Positions 1-14,222 of a stretch of DNA of 64,000 bases are shown here, in pieces. The notes under the pieces were generated by a model. It was given only the letters and a program-made list of their open reading frames with translations, had not been told where the DNA came from and searched no databases. This DNA is from Eledone cirrhosa (lineage: Eukaryota), in contig OZ024742.1 in NCBI GenBank assembly GCA_964016885.1, positions 336,660,001 to 336,724,000 of the forward strand, written 5' to 3'. The first letter of the stretch is position 1. Each line of letters opens with the position of its first letter. The position numbers and the translations under genes are program-made.

Positions 1-231
1 GTCACGGTTTGGGATCCAGCTGGATCAGTTAGAGATGTTTGCTTCTGACAGACTCGCTGGAAGGAGTGTTTGAGAAGGACTCTGCCCCCACGACCCTCTC
101 GGAAATAAGTGGGCGAAGAAGATATTGTCAATTTACTTTTCAATTTACATATATATATTTGTGTATAATACCAATATGTACACTACATATGCTAGCAGAA
201 AACCGCCCGAGGGTGGTTTTTCTGCTAGTAT

Positions 232-480
232 TAATAATGCCACCTGGGATGCCATCACTAACGATCTATTACATGTTGATTGGTCTTTCACACAAGCACA
301 CACCTCCACGAACATCAAAACATCCTGGCAGATATTTGTAGACACTGTTACAATCATATGTGCAAAACCCTATCAAGACCGTGAACAAAACTAAGTGCAG
401 AATCCCTGAAACAGAAAAAACTATTGGCACCTTTGGTTAATGAAAAGGACAATATCCAAGACAATGCTTAACCATAGGTG
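232..480 (+). pseudogene. Degraded LINE ORF2 fragment (EN-RT linker region; CR1/L2/Jockey-like)
   Basis: Translation NNATWDAITNDLLHVDWSF...SWQIFVDTVTIICAK, then ...LAPLVNEKDNIQDN, resembles LINE ORF2 linker motifs; interrupted by stops. Confidence 0.4.
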
Positions 481-674
481 AGATACAGCATGATGCGGAA
501 AATATTCCATCATCATTGCCCAAATGATGTTGGCATTATTTCACCTCAACTAGTCCCACTCTCTTTAACATCACACAAAAACACATAAACCTATCAAGTT
601 ATTAAAGTTACATATAAATACATATAATTGGCAGTATGATACACGCACACACACACACACGCACAAACACACAC

Positions 675-705
<31 letters not shown>

Positions 706-1257
706 TATATGTATATATGTGTGTGTGTGTGTGTGTATTTGGAGGATCATACTGCCAATTAAAACATAAGCACCAATTGATTTTATTAGCCAGGTAACTA
801 ATCCTTTTTATTTACCAACACTCTTTCATCACAACTTCTGTGACCTTCTCAAGGACAATTTTCCCCTCTGTGAGTCCATCCTTTTCATCTTCATTTTGTC
901 ATATTATCTCTAATTATTTTTCTTTGGTGTCAGATAATCGTTGTGCGCTCACAGAATTTGTGACGAAAGAGCTTTGACAAATAAATAACTATCTGAGGTA
1001 TTGATTAGTAATCTCATTATTAATGAATTCTAATTTAAGCACAAAGCCAGCAATTATTAATCCTTTGGTCGACGCTTTTACAACTCTGTTAATTCAGGGC
1101 CCTTATTAACTGACAATAAAACCGAAGTGGAACTCAGATTGGGTGCGTGTGTGTTTTATTGCCAACATCACCTTTCCACCCAAACAATATCAGTTTCAAC
1201 ACATTATTTAAGATCGTACAAAGCACATACAAAAACGGTATATATACACATATACAT

Positions 1258-1367
<110 letters not shown>

Positions 1368-1452
1368 GTATGCACACGTTCATATATATATATATATACA
1401 TACACACACATATATATATATATATATACATACACACACATATATACATATA

Positions 1453-1796
1453 CATATGTACGTATGGGTTATATCGAACATTAATAATAATGTTCTATTC
1501 GTTTGTAAATAAACGGCCCGATTTGAAGCTGTGCCATGCCGGTGATCGATCGTCACCTGTTTGTTCAACACTGGCTTTGAGGAGCAATCAACATGTTTCT
1601 GGGTCATTACCCTTCATCAGGACTGTAAACCTCTGCCAGTCTGTTGAACGGTTGAAAATATATTTGCATACCGTTCAACAGGCTGGCAGAATTATACAGT
1701 CCTGATGAAGGGTAATGACCCAGAAACATGTTGATTGTTCCTCAAAGCCAGTGTTTACAAACGAACAGGTGACAATATAACCCGTACGTACATATG
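1453..1796. mobile_element. Palindromic non-autonomous PLE-like element with an HHR in each arm
   Basis: Inverted arms about 1552-1652 and 1670-1773, plus outer inverted termini CATATGTACGTATGGGTTATAT / ATATAACCCGTACGTACATATG; flanked by AT/CA microsatellites. Related copy at about 34221-34418. Confidence 0.75.
1696..1738 (+). ncRNA. Minimal type I hammerhead ribozyme (mirror copy on the minus strand at about 1585-1626)
   Basis: ACAGTC-CTGATGA-AGGGTAATGACCCA-GAAAC-AT-GTT-GATTGT; stem I ACAGTC/GATTGT, stem II GGGT/ACCC. Confidence 0.75.
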
Positions 1797-1868
1797 TGTG
1801 TGTATATATGTCTGTATATGTATATGTATATATATATCTGTATATATATATGTATATATATATATATG

Positions 1869-1965
<97 letters not shown>

Positions 1966-2885
1966 AGGAGGTGAGTTTTATTGTAGTACAATAAAGCAAT
2001 GCAGATATCGGATAAGAAGCACTCTACAGTTTGTAGGACTGGAGTATATATAATATATAAGATCAAAAGATGGTTAAAAGAGTTCCATGTATTTTATTAT
2101 GCGCATTTCAAAAACAAATATCATCATGCAATAATATTTGTGTTTTCATCAGATAAAATAGGAAGACATGATATGAAGGTTAAAAAACACTTGTGAATAG
2201 TGCAGTTTTAAATCAACATATGAAAAGTAGTTTTAGATTCATGTGTGATAATGGTAAAAAAAAATGTTGAGGGGGGAGGTTGGAAAGGATGAAAAAGAGG
2301 AGGAGATGAGAGTAAAAAGTGGAGGGGGAGGAGTATAATGAGGAAGGATGAGATAGGAGGAGAGATGGGTGATAGAGAGAGAGAGATAGCTTTTATAACT
2401 GAGAAAAATATATTGTTTTACATAGAGAGGTTGAAAAACCGTTGGAAGATAATGTATAAATTAAAATAATTTGAAAATTAACGAAGAGAAAAATAATGTA
2501 AAGTTAAGGTTTGTATATTGAAGGGTTTAATAATATGTCCGATGAGAAGCAAATGTTAATATGTATTAAGAATAATATTTAAGGGTTTAATAATATGTGC
2601 GATGGAAAGAAAATGTTAATATGTATTAAGAATAATATTTAAGGGTTTAATAATATGTGCGATGGAAAGAAATGTTGATAAGTAATGTATAATAAATAAC
2701 TTTGAAATAAGGTAGAAAGATGGGTATATTTTTAAAGAAGTATATATATATATACATATGTGCCTTTGAGAAGAGGATTCTAAATTGATAAAGTATTGGA
2801 TATTAGCTGTATACTTTGTGGAATGTTCTGTGGAATTTATGCAAGCAGAGAGAAAACAAGTCAGTGCGTCTATTTATTATAGAAT

Positions 2886-4045
2886 CTAAATTAGATATAA
2901 TGGTAAATTTAGAGAGACTATTAACGTGTTATCTATAGAAGGAATTGGATTGGAGAAGTTATTTGCGATAGGAATAATAGTTTCTTGATTTAGAATGGGA
3001 TTAAGAACATTTAGCGAAGTTGTGTTTGACGTTGTATTTGGGTTTGCAGAAATTAGCCTAGAGTTTACAATGACGTCGGGAGTACTATTACTATTATTAT
3101 GATATTCAGTGTTGGAAGGAAGAGATTTAGTATTTAGTATTTTATTGTTGTGTTTAGAGATAATGTTGGAAATGTTGGAGGATGTCGAATAGGAAAATTT
3201 TATAGTGTGTTTGTTAAATATTTTACTATAGATATGTGAGGGAGGGAAGCATTTATTTAAGGCACTAAAGAATAATTTAGGAATATTATTATTAATAGAG
3301 ATGGAGAAAGGAGCATTATACCAGATTATGTTTTTGTATCTAGGTCTTTTATTAAAGTTATTGGAATGATCATGATTAATTATTCTACTGTAAGATCTAG
3401 AATTTGTTTCTTTACTATATTTGATTTTATCAGGATAGCCGGCTTTAGAAAGCGCGTTATTATAGTAATTGGCGTTAGCATCAAAGATATTTTTATTAGA
3501 AGATAGGTTAGATATTCTTTTTCCAATATTACTAACTATAGCATTCTTAATATTAGTAGGATGGTTAGATTTAAAGTTAACATAATTTAGGTTCTCATTG
3601 TTTTTATGGTAAGGGTAATATAGGCCAGTGTCAAGATTAAGAGATACATCCAAGAAATTAGCTAGTTTGATGCTGTTATCAAATTCAATTTTTAAGTTAT
3701 GTTGGTTAAAGAGATTACGTATATTGTTCTTAATAATATTAAGGTTAACTATGTTGCAATTTAAGATAGTAAAGAGTCCATCGTCACGATAAATTCCACC
3801 GCGAAGTTGAGGAATTTTCCGACTCAAAGAGTTCAAAATAAAGATACCAATTAAATCTGTCAATTGGGATGAATCGGATGCTCCCATTGTGATGTCGAAG
3901 TTGTTAGCGGTATCAGCTCTGGTCCAATATTCATTGTTGAATTCTAGGAGGGTTTTACGTGCGGGGAGAATGATGTGAAGTTCATCTGTGGTGATGTCAG
4001 AATATTTAAATGCGAAAGATAGATCATTGTTGAGAATAGTGCCAG
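2886..4045 (-). pseudogene. PLE reverse transcriptase/thumb fragment; GIY-YIG region largely deleted
   Basis: Frame stays open upstream of the tracked ATG: ARKTLL...W...FDITMGASDSSQLTDLIG...IYRDDGL...NFLDVSLNL...YHK...SNHP...IIWYNAPFS...IFNKHTIKFSYS, typical PLE RT motifs. Confidence 0.9.
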
Positions 4046-4061
4046 CTACTATTCTTCTATT

Positions 4062-4250
4062 TTGCCTTCACTTCTCAACAATGCTCTATCTTTATACTTG
4101 AACAGTTCTCTATCCAAGACTTGCAATCTCTGTCTAAATGAAAAATTTACCATTATATCTAATTTAGATTCTATAATAAATAGACGTACTGACTTGTTTT
4201 CTCTCTGCTTGCATAAATTCCACAGAACATCCCACAAAGTATACAGCTAA
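4062..4250 (+). pseudogene. C-terminal end of a PLE GIY-YIG endonuclease (in the inverted arm)
   Basis: CNLCLNEKFTII...INRRTDLFSLCLHK matches the CxLCxxEK...N.R....C.H terminus of Neptune-type PLE ORFs. Confidence 0.75.
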
Positions 4251-5151
4251 TATCCAATACTTTATCAATTTAGAATCCTCTTCTCAAAGGCACATATGTA
4301 TATATATATATACTTCTTTAAAAATATACCCATCTTTCTACCTTATTTCAAAGTTATTTATTATACATTATATAATACTTGTTACTCATTCTATATCACT
4401 CCTATTTATCACTTCCCCTTCTTCCTTTTCCTTTTCTTTTCTTTTTCTTTTAATTTCTAACCCCTAATCTGGACCTTTTCTCACTGTGCCTAACATTGAA
4501 ACAATTATTACACAATACAATATATTCTTACCTTATATCACCTTGAAAAAATCCTTCGTAAACATAAACACATTTTTTTGACGTTAGATTATTCATCTTC
4601 AATTCATTATTTTTTCTCCCTTTCATCTATCTTATGCATGCTCATCTCACAATATATCCTTACTTACATTACTTTTGTTTTTTTAATAATACTTATCAAC
4701 ATTTCTTTCCATCGCACATATTATTAAACCCTTAAATATTATTCTTAATACATATTAACAATTTCTTTTCATCGCACATATTATTAAACCCTTCAATATA
4801 CAAACCTTAACTTTACATTATTTTTCTCTTCGTTAATTTTCAAATTATTTTAATTTATACATTATCTTCCAACGGTTTTTCAACCTCTCTATGTAAAACA
4901 ATATATTTTTCTCAGTTATAAAAGCTATCTCTCTCTCTCTATCACCCATCTCTCCTCCTATCTCATCCTTCCTCATTATACTCCTCCCTCTCCACTTTTT
5001 ACTCTCATCTCCTCCTCTTTTTCATCCTTCCCCCCCCCCCCTCAAATTTTTTTTTGCCCAATATCACACATGAATCTAAAACTACTTTTCATATGTTGAT
5101 TTAAAACTGCACTATTCACAAGTGTTTTTTAACCTTCATATCATGTCTTCC

Positions 5152-5222
5152 TATTTTATCTGATGAAAACACAAATATTATTGCATGATGATATTTGTTT
5201 TTGAAATGCGCATAATAAAATA
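5152..5222 (+). ncRNA. Type I HHR (mirror copy on the minus strand at 2090-2160)
   Basis: TATTTTAT-CTGATGA-long stem II-GAAA-TGCGCA-TA-ATAAAATA; perfect 8-bp stem I and palindromic stem III. Confidence 0.85.
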
Positions 5223-5259
5223 CATGGAACTCTTTTAACCATCTTTTGATCTTATATAT

Positions 5260-6165
<906 letters not shown>

Positions 6166-6167
6166 TA

Positions 6168-6218
<51 letters not shown>

Positions 6219-6221
<3 letters not shown>

Positions 6222-7753
6222 AAAGTTCTATTTAAATTGTTGGGATACAACAAGCAAATATTTTTATAACTGATATAAAGCACTCGACAAATATTTGGAG
6301 TAGATATACGATGTTAACAAATGGAAACTATATTTATAATACCATATTTATTTCATTATATATATTTCAAGGATACCAAGTTAAATTATGGTATGCCTTC
6401 ATCAGACAAAATACAATATATAACAGTTTTATAAATAGACATTTTCAAAAGTTTGTCCTTTCAATATCTTGATTAAAATATACGTAAGATAAATTTCTAT
6501 ACTAAATATATTAAACATATTATTTTAACTTAAAATATTCTATAATATTTTGGGATATTTTAGTATTTTGATGTTTGTAGAATTCGTTTGCCTTTTAAGT
6601 TATATTGATATAATTATATTTCCAAGATATAATCCTTTTGTATTTTATATACTCAATTGTACTATGTTATATATTGATGTATACTTATGTCTATATACGG
6701 CTTATGTATCTATATATGTGTATTGACATACATATACATGTATTATATGCTTTTTTATGATTATATGTCTGTCTGTATATATGCATGAGTGACGCGTGTT
6801 TACCAATTGAAGATGCACACACATATCTATTCATGTATAGCTAAGAATTATGGATGAGAATGTACAGGCTTACACATGCAGTTTTTGATTGCAGATATGC
6901 ATAACTTAACAGCCATAAATGCATGAAAGTTAATCCTATATATTTATATATATATACTAAAAATGTTTAATTAATAACACAAGGAATGTATAGCAATAAA
7001 TAAAAAATCACTTATGCTTTGTATGTATATGTTATATGCGGGAGTAGATATAATGTGTATTTTCCGAGCGTGTGTGTATATATATATTTATGTATCTTTG
7101 CCTATGTGTACGTGATATACGATAGATAATCTCTCTAGCAATATATATATTTTATAATGTTTAAATTCCAATTTTTAATATATTGATCTCAATTTTTAAA
7201 CTAAATATCTAATCATAATTAAACAATGTGTAATTTCTCATATTATATATCTATATTCCATTCATGAATATTAATATTTCTAATTTTATTTATTCATTTC
7301 ATCCCAATTGTTAACTCAACTTAATATAACATATCTTAAGGTTTTCGTTCTCTCCCCCCTCTCTCTATCTCTATATATCTCTCTCTTGAGTTTTTTTCTC
7401 TGTCTGATGGTTTGATATCTCCCCGTTATTTTCCTTTGTTCTCTTTTCTTTTTGCTTTCTTCTTTTTCTTTATCTATCTCTCCCTTTCTTTTCTCCACGT
7501 TTCTCTCTCTCTCTCCATCTTTTTACTTACTCTTAACACTATGACTTACTAAAGTAAACAAATAACTATCCTGATGGCATCCCAAAACAACGGTCACCTT
7601 TTTAAAAGGGTACGTCAATATCTATTTATAAAACTGTTATATATTGTACTTTGTCTGATGAAGGCATACCATAATGTAACTTGGTATCCTTGAAATATAT
7701 ATAATGAAATAAATATGGTTTTATAAATATAGTTTCCATTTATTAATATCGTA
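6219..7753. mobile_element. Non-coding fold-back PLE (family A) with two HHRs
   Basis: About 6307-6440 is the inverse of about 7620-7753; tail 6219-6306; HHRs at 6349-6413 (-) and 7647-7711 (+); (AT)n on both sides. Confidence 0.8.
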
Positions 7754-7794
7754 TATATATATATATATATATATAAAACCCATTTATTAATATC

Positions 7795-7876
<82 letters not shown>

Positions 7877-7881
<5 letters not shown>

Positions 7882-8515
7882 CCACATCGCTAAACTATTT
7901 TTTAATGCTCTTGATAATCGCTTCCCTAGAACACATAGGTATCACTCAATTTTCAATAGACATACTATAAAATTAACCTACTCATCCACCAAAAATTTAG
8001 CACAAAATATTAATAGAATAAATAATAGGAATTTAAAACCTAGCCAAAATACCGATAATAGCATAAATAATATCCAAGTTAACAAATGTAACTGTAGAGA
8101 TAGATCTAAATGTCCGTTAAATAACAATTGCTTAGTTAAAAATATAATATACAACTGTAATGTTAAAACGGACTTAAATTCTTTTAACTATGTTGGTTCC
8201 ACCTCAACAGAATTTAAACTTCGCTATAATAACCACAAGAATTCTTTCACAGATCCAAGCAAAAAATCCTCAACATCACTATCAAGTCTACTCTGGCAAC
8301 TTAGGCATGATAACGTTGGATATTCAACGGCTTGGAATATAGTCTCAAGAGGGATTCCTTTTAATTCATCCTCTGAGACATGTGACCTCTGCGCGGAGGA
8401 GATATTCTTTATACTAAAATCTAAAAATTCCCTTAATTTACGGACAAATTTATTCAGTTGCTGCAGACATAGATTGAACTCAACTTTTAAATATAAATAT
8501 AAATTTAAAATGTAG
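7877..8515 (+). pseudogene. PLE linker plus GIY-YIG endonuclease; uninterrupted 212-codon frame with no start codon (absent from the ORF track)
   Basis: Manual translation: ...[21 protein letters not shown]...KCNCRDRSKCPLNNNCLVKNIIYNC...YVGSTSTEFKLRYNNHKNSF...TSLSSLLWQL...WNIV...CDLCAEEIFFI...LNLRTNLFSCCRHR...stop. Confidence 0.9.
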
Positions 8516-10103
8516 TATATTTAATTTGATTTATAATTATTTTTATAATTATTTATGAAACTCGCCGATAAATCTTTCGATTCCTTTTTATTTTAAACAT
8601 TCTTCATGAATAATTAAACTACCCTAAAAGCTGATGCTCCAAATATATCGAATAAATTTTACACTAGATAAACTTCTATATTAAATATAAGACCATCTGT
8701 AGATCATATGGGTATCCTAAACTTTTGGAATGTTTTCTGCTAGACAGGATTTGGTAAATAATTTTTGGTTTTGTTTGCTTTTGATTCTGATGCTTATAAC
8801 GAACTTGGCAATATATTGTCAATTAACTTTGAAGGGTTGATCTCTGTGGTTGATTTGCGGGGCATACTATGTCTCATTTTTATTTTAATATTTTTAATAT
8901 TTTTAATATTTTTAATATTTTTATTTTTATTTTTATTTTTAATATTTTTTTGTATTTTTTGATTTTTTGTTTTTTATTTACTTTTTGTTTCTGATATTTT
9001 TATTGATATATTGATATCTGTTCTCTATTTATGCTTGAACGATAATCATGTAGAGTAAAGACATGAATAGTATTGTTAAAATTAATGTAGACTATATATA
9101 TTTGTGTGTATATACACATATATGTATACTAGAATTTTTATAGCACAATGAGAATGTTTTCGTGTGAAATAGGAATTTGCAGAGCTGATCACGTAAATTC
9201 ACATGGATGTATATAGTATAAAATCTGGGATAACCTTCTATTTTATCTCAACTCTAATATAAACCTATGAATTTTAAACTAGACATATGATCATTATTTT
9301 TCACACATTATTGATACGTGTCTCATTCATGAATACTGATATTTACATTATAATGCCTGTTTTATACGAATTGATATTTTTTACATTGATGATACATAGT
9401 GATTTAAATCTGCCTCGTTTTTGTCTGGATATTTTTCTTTTCTCTCTATGTAACGGCTGTTTTCTCTCTTAACCACATATATCTCTCTCTACATTAATAC
9501 TAGAGCTAAATAAATAAATAAATAAATAAATATATCATTGACACGTCATTCAACTGGTGCACAACTACCTATTTTCTTTCTCTCTGTCTCTATCTATATC
9601 TATCTGTCTATATTTTCTCTCTCTCTCCTCTCTTCTCTCTCTCTCTCTCTATCTATCTCCCTCTGTGTTTTTTTCCTCTCTCTATATATCTCTCTCTGTT
9701 TCTTTACATGAATTTCTTCTCTCTATCTATCTCTCTATATCTATCTCTCTCTATTTAGTTGCATGCATTTCTTCTTTTTCTTCGTTTTTCTTTCTTTCTT
9801 TTTATAACTGTCCCTAATATTTTTTCCACTACCAAATCAACTTTTCAAATAGAAGTCGAAGTTGAAAGGTATGTCGAATCTATCTATTTATAAGACTGTT
9901 TATATTGTATTTTGTCTGAAGAAGGCATAACATATTTTTAATATGATATCCCTGAAATATATATAATGAAATAAATATGGTTTTATAAATATAGTTTCCA
10001 TTTATTTAATACCGTAAATATACTCCAAATACTTGTTGAGTGCTTTTATATCAGTTATAAATATTTACTCGTTGTTAACCCAACAATTTAAATAAAACTT
10101 TGC
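7877..10103 (+). mobile_element. 5'-truncated coding PLE of family A (GIY-YIG, long 3' UTR, HHR at 9908-9973, tail)
   Basis: 3' end 9880-10103 matches the family A termini at 6219 and 14222; HHR core CTGAAGA...GAAA-TATATA-TA; bounded by (AT)n. Confidence 0.85.
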
Positions 10104-10373
10104 ATATATATATATATGTATATATATGTATATACTCCTTTCCTATTTTACTTGTTCCAGTCAACTGGCCGGATCCATATATCTATATGTGTGTATGTGT
10201 GTATGTATGTATGTATATGTATGCATATGTATGTATAGATAAATAGATGGATATGTAAGTACATACTTGTATTATGTGTGTGCGTATTTATATGTTTGTG
10301 TGTGCGCATGTGCGTGTATAGATATATATATATAGATATATCTAAATGTGTGTGCGTGCGTGTGTGTGTGTCT

Positions 10374-10476
<103 letters not shown>

Positions 10477-10675
10477 CGTGTTAAACATCACACGTATATC
10501 CTTTCATTGAGACGATACTTTATATCAACAGTCAGTAATTTTTTAAGAAAGCCAACACAAACAATGAATGCCTGAGACGTGACATTTCTCTAGCTGATTA
10601 TTTCCGATAATCTAATAGGATCAAGCAAAGAACGTCTGGCTGTGAAACACACTCCTCACATTCTCAAGCATCCCA

Positions 10676-10759
<84 letters not shown>

Positions 10760-10906
10760 CTCCTCTCCTCACAAATTCCTACGATACACCAGCATTGAAA
10801 ACTATTGTTTTTCTCCTCTTTTGTCTGTTCGTCACTCTGACTTTCTCTCCCTCTCTACCTCCCCCTCTCTAACTCCCCCTCTCTCTCTGGATATATGCAT
10901 ATATTT

Positions 10907-11033
<127 letters not shown>

Positions 11034-11118
11034 GTATATAATATATGTATATAATATACATATATATAATATACATATATATAATATACATATATATATA
11101 TATATATATATAATATAC

Positions 11119-11177
<59 letters not shown>

Positions 11178-11481
11178 ATATATATTGTATATACATACAC
11201 ATACATATATATATATAAATATGTATATAAATATATACATATATGTGTATGTGTATGTGTGCTTAGAAAATATAAAAAATGTTGAAAGTAGTAAATAACT
11301 AGGAACACAGCTTTGAACATCAATAGACGGGCAACAAAGGCCAGCATATATTGTATTGTGCTTTTGTAGCTTTCCTCAAGAATATGAATCTGGATATGAA
11401 ATTCATTATCTTTCCAGTTAAAATAATCAATTAACAATTAAAAGTCATTAACTCGTCCAGTTATCATTATTGCGTTCTACA

Positions 11482-11670
11482 ATGGCGGTGGATTGGCAGT
11501 ATCGGTAGAGGGTCAGATACCATGCTTTGCAGTATAGATTTATGGCCCCTTGCGTTCTGAGTTCAAATCCCGCCGAGGTTAACTTTGCCTTTCATCCTTA
11601 TGGGGTCGATAAAATAAAGTACCAGTAATACACTGGAATAATTGCTGGCCTTGTGCCAAAAGTAGAAATA
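11482..11670 (+). mobile_element. tRNA-derived SINE with a 16-bp target-site duplication
   Basis: A-box-like TGGCAGTATCGGTAG, B-box GAGTTCAAATCC, conserved GCCTTTCATCCTT..GGGGTCGATAAAATAAAGTACCAG core; ATTATTGCGTTCTACA at 11466-11481 and 11671-11686. Confidence 0.85.
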
Positions 11671-11684
11671 ATTATTGCGTTCTA

Positions 11685-11910
11685 CAGTTTGGGCCAGAAT
11701 TCCTGACTCACTTGATTATTTATGGTTAATCAAATTTAGAAAAAATAAATTAAAAACCTGTGAGGCATATTAAGAAATAAAGATATAAATTAAGAAATCT
11801 GCTAAGCATATTAAGAAATAAAACAATAAATTAAAACAATACAATAACAATAAAATAGACCTGTTAAGAAATATAACTAACAAGCGAGTCATGAATTCTG
11901 GCCCACCTTC
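11685..11910. mobile_element. MITE, Tc1/mariner-like terminal inverted repeats
   Basis: TGGGCCAGAATTCCTGACTCACTTG at about 11690 pairs with CAAGCGAGTCATGAATTCTGGCCCA at 11881-11905; left end begins TA-CAG. Confidence 0.55.
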
Positions 11911-11919
11911 AGTGAATAG

Positions 11920-12128
11920 CCAGTTTAGGTAGAGCGACGGACAATATGCTTGGCGGCATATAGTTACGGCCCATTACGTTCTGATTTCTAATCCGCGCGA
12001 GGTTAGCTTTACCTTTCATCCTTACGGGGTCGATAAAATAAAGTGCCAGTAATACTCTGGGGTCGATTTAATAGACTTCTCCCTTCTCTCAAATTGTCAG
12101 CCTTGCGCCTAAATCAGAAACCAGTATT
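11920..12128 (+). mobile_element. SINE copy (same family as 11482)
   Basis: Shares the CCTTTCATCCTTACGGGGTCGATAAAATAAAGT core and the 3' GCCTTG..CCTAAATCAGAAAC end. Confidence 0.75.
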
Positions 12129-12243
12129 ACATTTTATTTCTACATTAAACTGTTTTAAAAAACAAATCGATTTTTATAAACAATCAAAGTTATGTTAGGG
12201 TACGGTTGTGTGATTGATTATATGTGTGTGAATATATGTATGC

Positions 12244-12312
<69 letters not shown>

Positions 12313-12317
<5 letters not shown>

Positions 12318-12929
12318 GGTGTATGTTCCTACATGTAATTAATACACATAGGGACATAAGTACAGTCCGACCATATGCCAGTGTGGTTCAATGGCAAATT
12401 AATAAGTTCAAGCCAGAACATATGAAATCAAGGGAGTGTAAACACAGAGAAATATCCTAAAAAATATATAATATAGATTCAAAAAAATTCACTGTACTTA
12501 CTATATGTGCCCTTACCGGGGTTTCAGATCCCAAACATATAGATAATCCAAGCGGATTTTCATTGAGAAAGAGATCATCGTCAGAAGGCTTTTCTCTCTC
12601 GGAGAATATAAAATTCCCGAGTTCAAATTACAAACTGGCGCCATACAAAACTGCCTCAGAATGAGAGTAAATGAATGATGAAACAATTTTCTCATTCTGA
12701 AGCAGTTTTGTATGGCGCCAGTTTGTAATTTGAACTCGGGAATTTTATATTCTCCGAGAGAGAAAAGCCTTCTGACGAGGATCTAGGTCTCAATGAGAAT
12801 CCGCTTGGATTAAGATTATCTATTTGTTTGGGATCTGAAACCGCGGTAAGGGCACATATAGTAAGTACAGTGAATTTTTTGGAATCTATATATATTTTTT
12901 AGGATATTTTCTGTTTACAATCCCTGATT

Positions 12930-12932
<3 letters not shown>
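12313..12932. mobile_element. Fold-back non-autonomous PLE (family B-related) with two HHRs
   Basis: Arms about 12425-12668 and 12690-12932; about 110-nt tail; plus-strand HHR 12767-12853 GCCTT-CTGACGA-GGATC...GATCT-GAAA-CCGCGG-TA-AGGGC. Confidence 0.85.
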
Positions 12933-12960
<28 letters not shown>

Positions 12961-13128
12961 TATCTTTAAGTCGTTTGGAAGCCTCGACAATGCAAATGGG
13001 TAAATCTCCGGGTAACAAGGTCCGGTGGTGGAGAGAGAGATGTAATTGGGTGTACGTTGAGATGCGTGGTGTGTATAAGATGTGTGAGATGTGTAGAATG
13101 AGGGAAGAGTATAAAGGTTAAAATAAAA

Positions 13129-13361
13129 ATAACAACACAAGAGAGAGTTACCTTGGGAGAGATTTAATAGTCCCTATATATTTCGGATTCACATCCATCA
13201 TGAATATTCAAAACAACAAACAGCGAAAGACGCGTTCCGGGCTTGTCCGACAGACAACCTTTTCCCCCACCCCGGAAAAAAACCCCAGTTGATGGATGTG
13301 AATCCGAAATATATAGGGACTATTAAATCTCTCCCAAGGTAACTCTCTCTTGTGTTGTTAT
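13129..13361. repeat. About 72-bp inverted repeat with an HHR-like 3' half (probable PLE remnant)
   Basis: ATAACAACACAAGAGAGAG...CACATCCATC is the inverse of GATGGATGTG...TTGTGTTGTTAT; contains GGATGTGAATCC-GAAA-TATATA. Confidence 0.6.
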
Positions 13362-13369
13362 CTATTTAT

Positions 13370-13431
<62 letters not shown>

Positions 13432-13432
<1 letters not shown>

Positions 13433-13830
13433 CTCTAATCTTTAAATTGCATTTGTGATTGATAGTATTTTACACGTTTTTATTGTATGTAAACTTCCCC
13501 CTTTGTATTTGTCCCCTTCTTTTGTGCCCTTGTGGCTAATAAAGAAACATATCTATCTACTTCTCTGTATATAAACCTGTAGGTTGAGGAAGATAAACAG
13601 AGGGAAGACAGGAACACCTACAAAACGTGTTCCTGGTGTTGAGGGTTGTTCTACCCACGGGGTATAAAACAACCTCGCAGTAGCGTTACCCCCTCCCCCC
13701 AATAGGGATTTCAATTGTTTTATTTTTATATAGTTTATTGTTATTTATCATTGTTAAAGATTTTATGTAAAACCCCCGCCGTCACGTCTTGTAATGTCCC
13801 ATTTGTGTACGCCCCTGTGGCAAATAAAGA
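13432..13830 (+). mobile_element. Two tandem 3'-end fragments of Tx1/L1-like LINEs within (ATCT)n
   Basis: TGTAAACTTCCCCCTTTGTATTTGTCCC...AATAAAGA matches the 3' end of the LINE at 18161; each fragment is flanked by ATCT repeats. Confidence 0.7.
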
Positions 13831-13912
13831 TATCTGTCTATCTATATATCTATCTATCTATCTTTCTGTATAAAGTGATAATAAGAATTGCAGCTTTTTG
13901 TAAACTTTATTA

Positions 13913-13998
13913 CATATTAAAATTGTTTCCATATCGATCAACTCGGCTTTGATCATGCGTGCAGATCCCGACTCTTAATCGACACTTCTTCAGATATG
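13913..13998 (-). ncRNA. Type I HHR with extended stem II
   Basis: Minus strand CATAT-CTGAAGA-AGTGTCGATTAA...TTGATCGATATG-GAAA-CAATTT-TA-ATATG; adjacent inverted repeat at about 14063-14155. Confidence 0.6.
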
Positions 13999-14185
13999 AG
14001 AGTTTACATGGGTGATCTCATCCTAACTGTTGACATATGTCTCGTTTTTGTTTCATATACATATTATTATGCTATGGTGGGAGACGGTAGATGAAGAATA
14101 GAAATATCAAAAATCACTATTCTCCATCTACCGTCTCCCACCATAGCATAATAATATATATATATTTATATACAAATACATTTTT

Positions 14186-14221
<36 letters not shown>

Positions 14222-14222
<1 letters not shown>

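Noticed and set aside
11482-11575. tRNA gene
   Set aside because: A and B boxes are present but there is no cloverleaf; it is the head of a SINE with a TSD.
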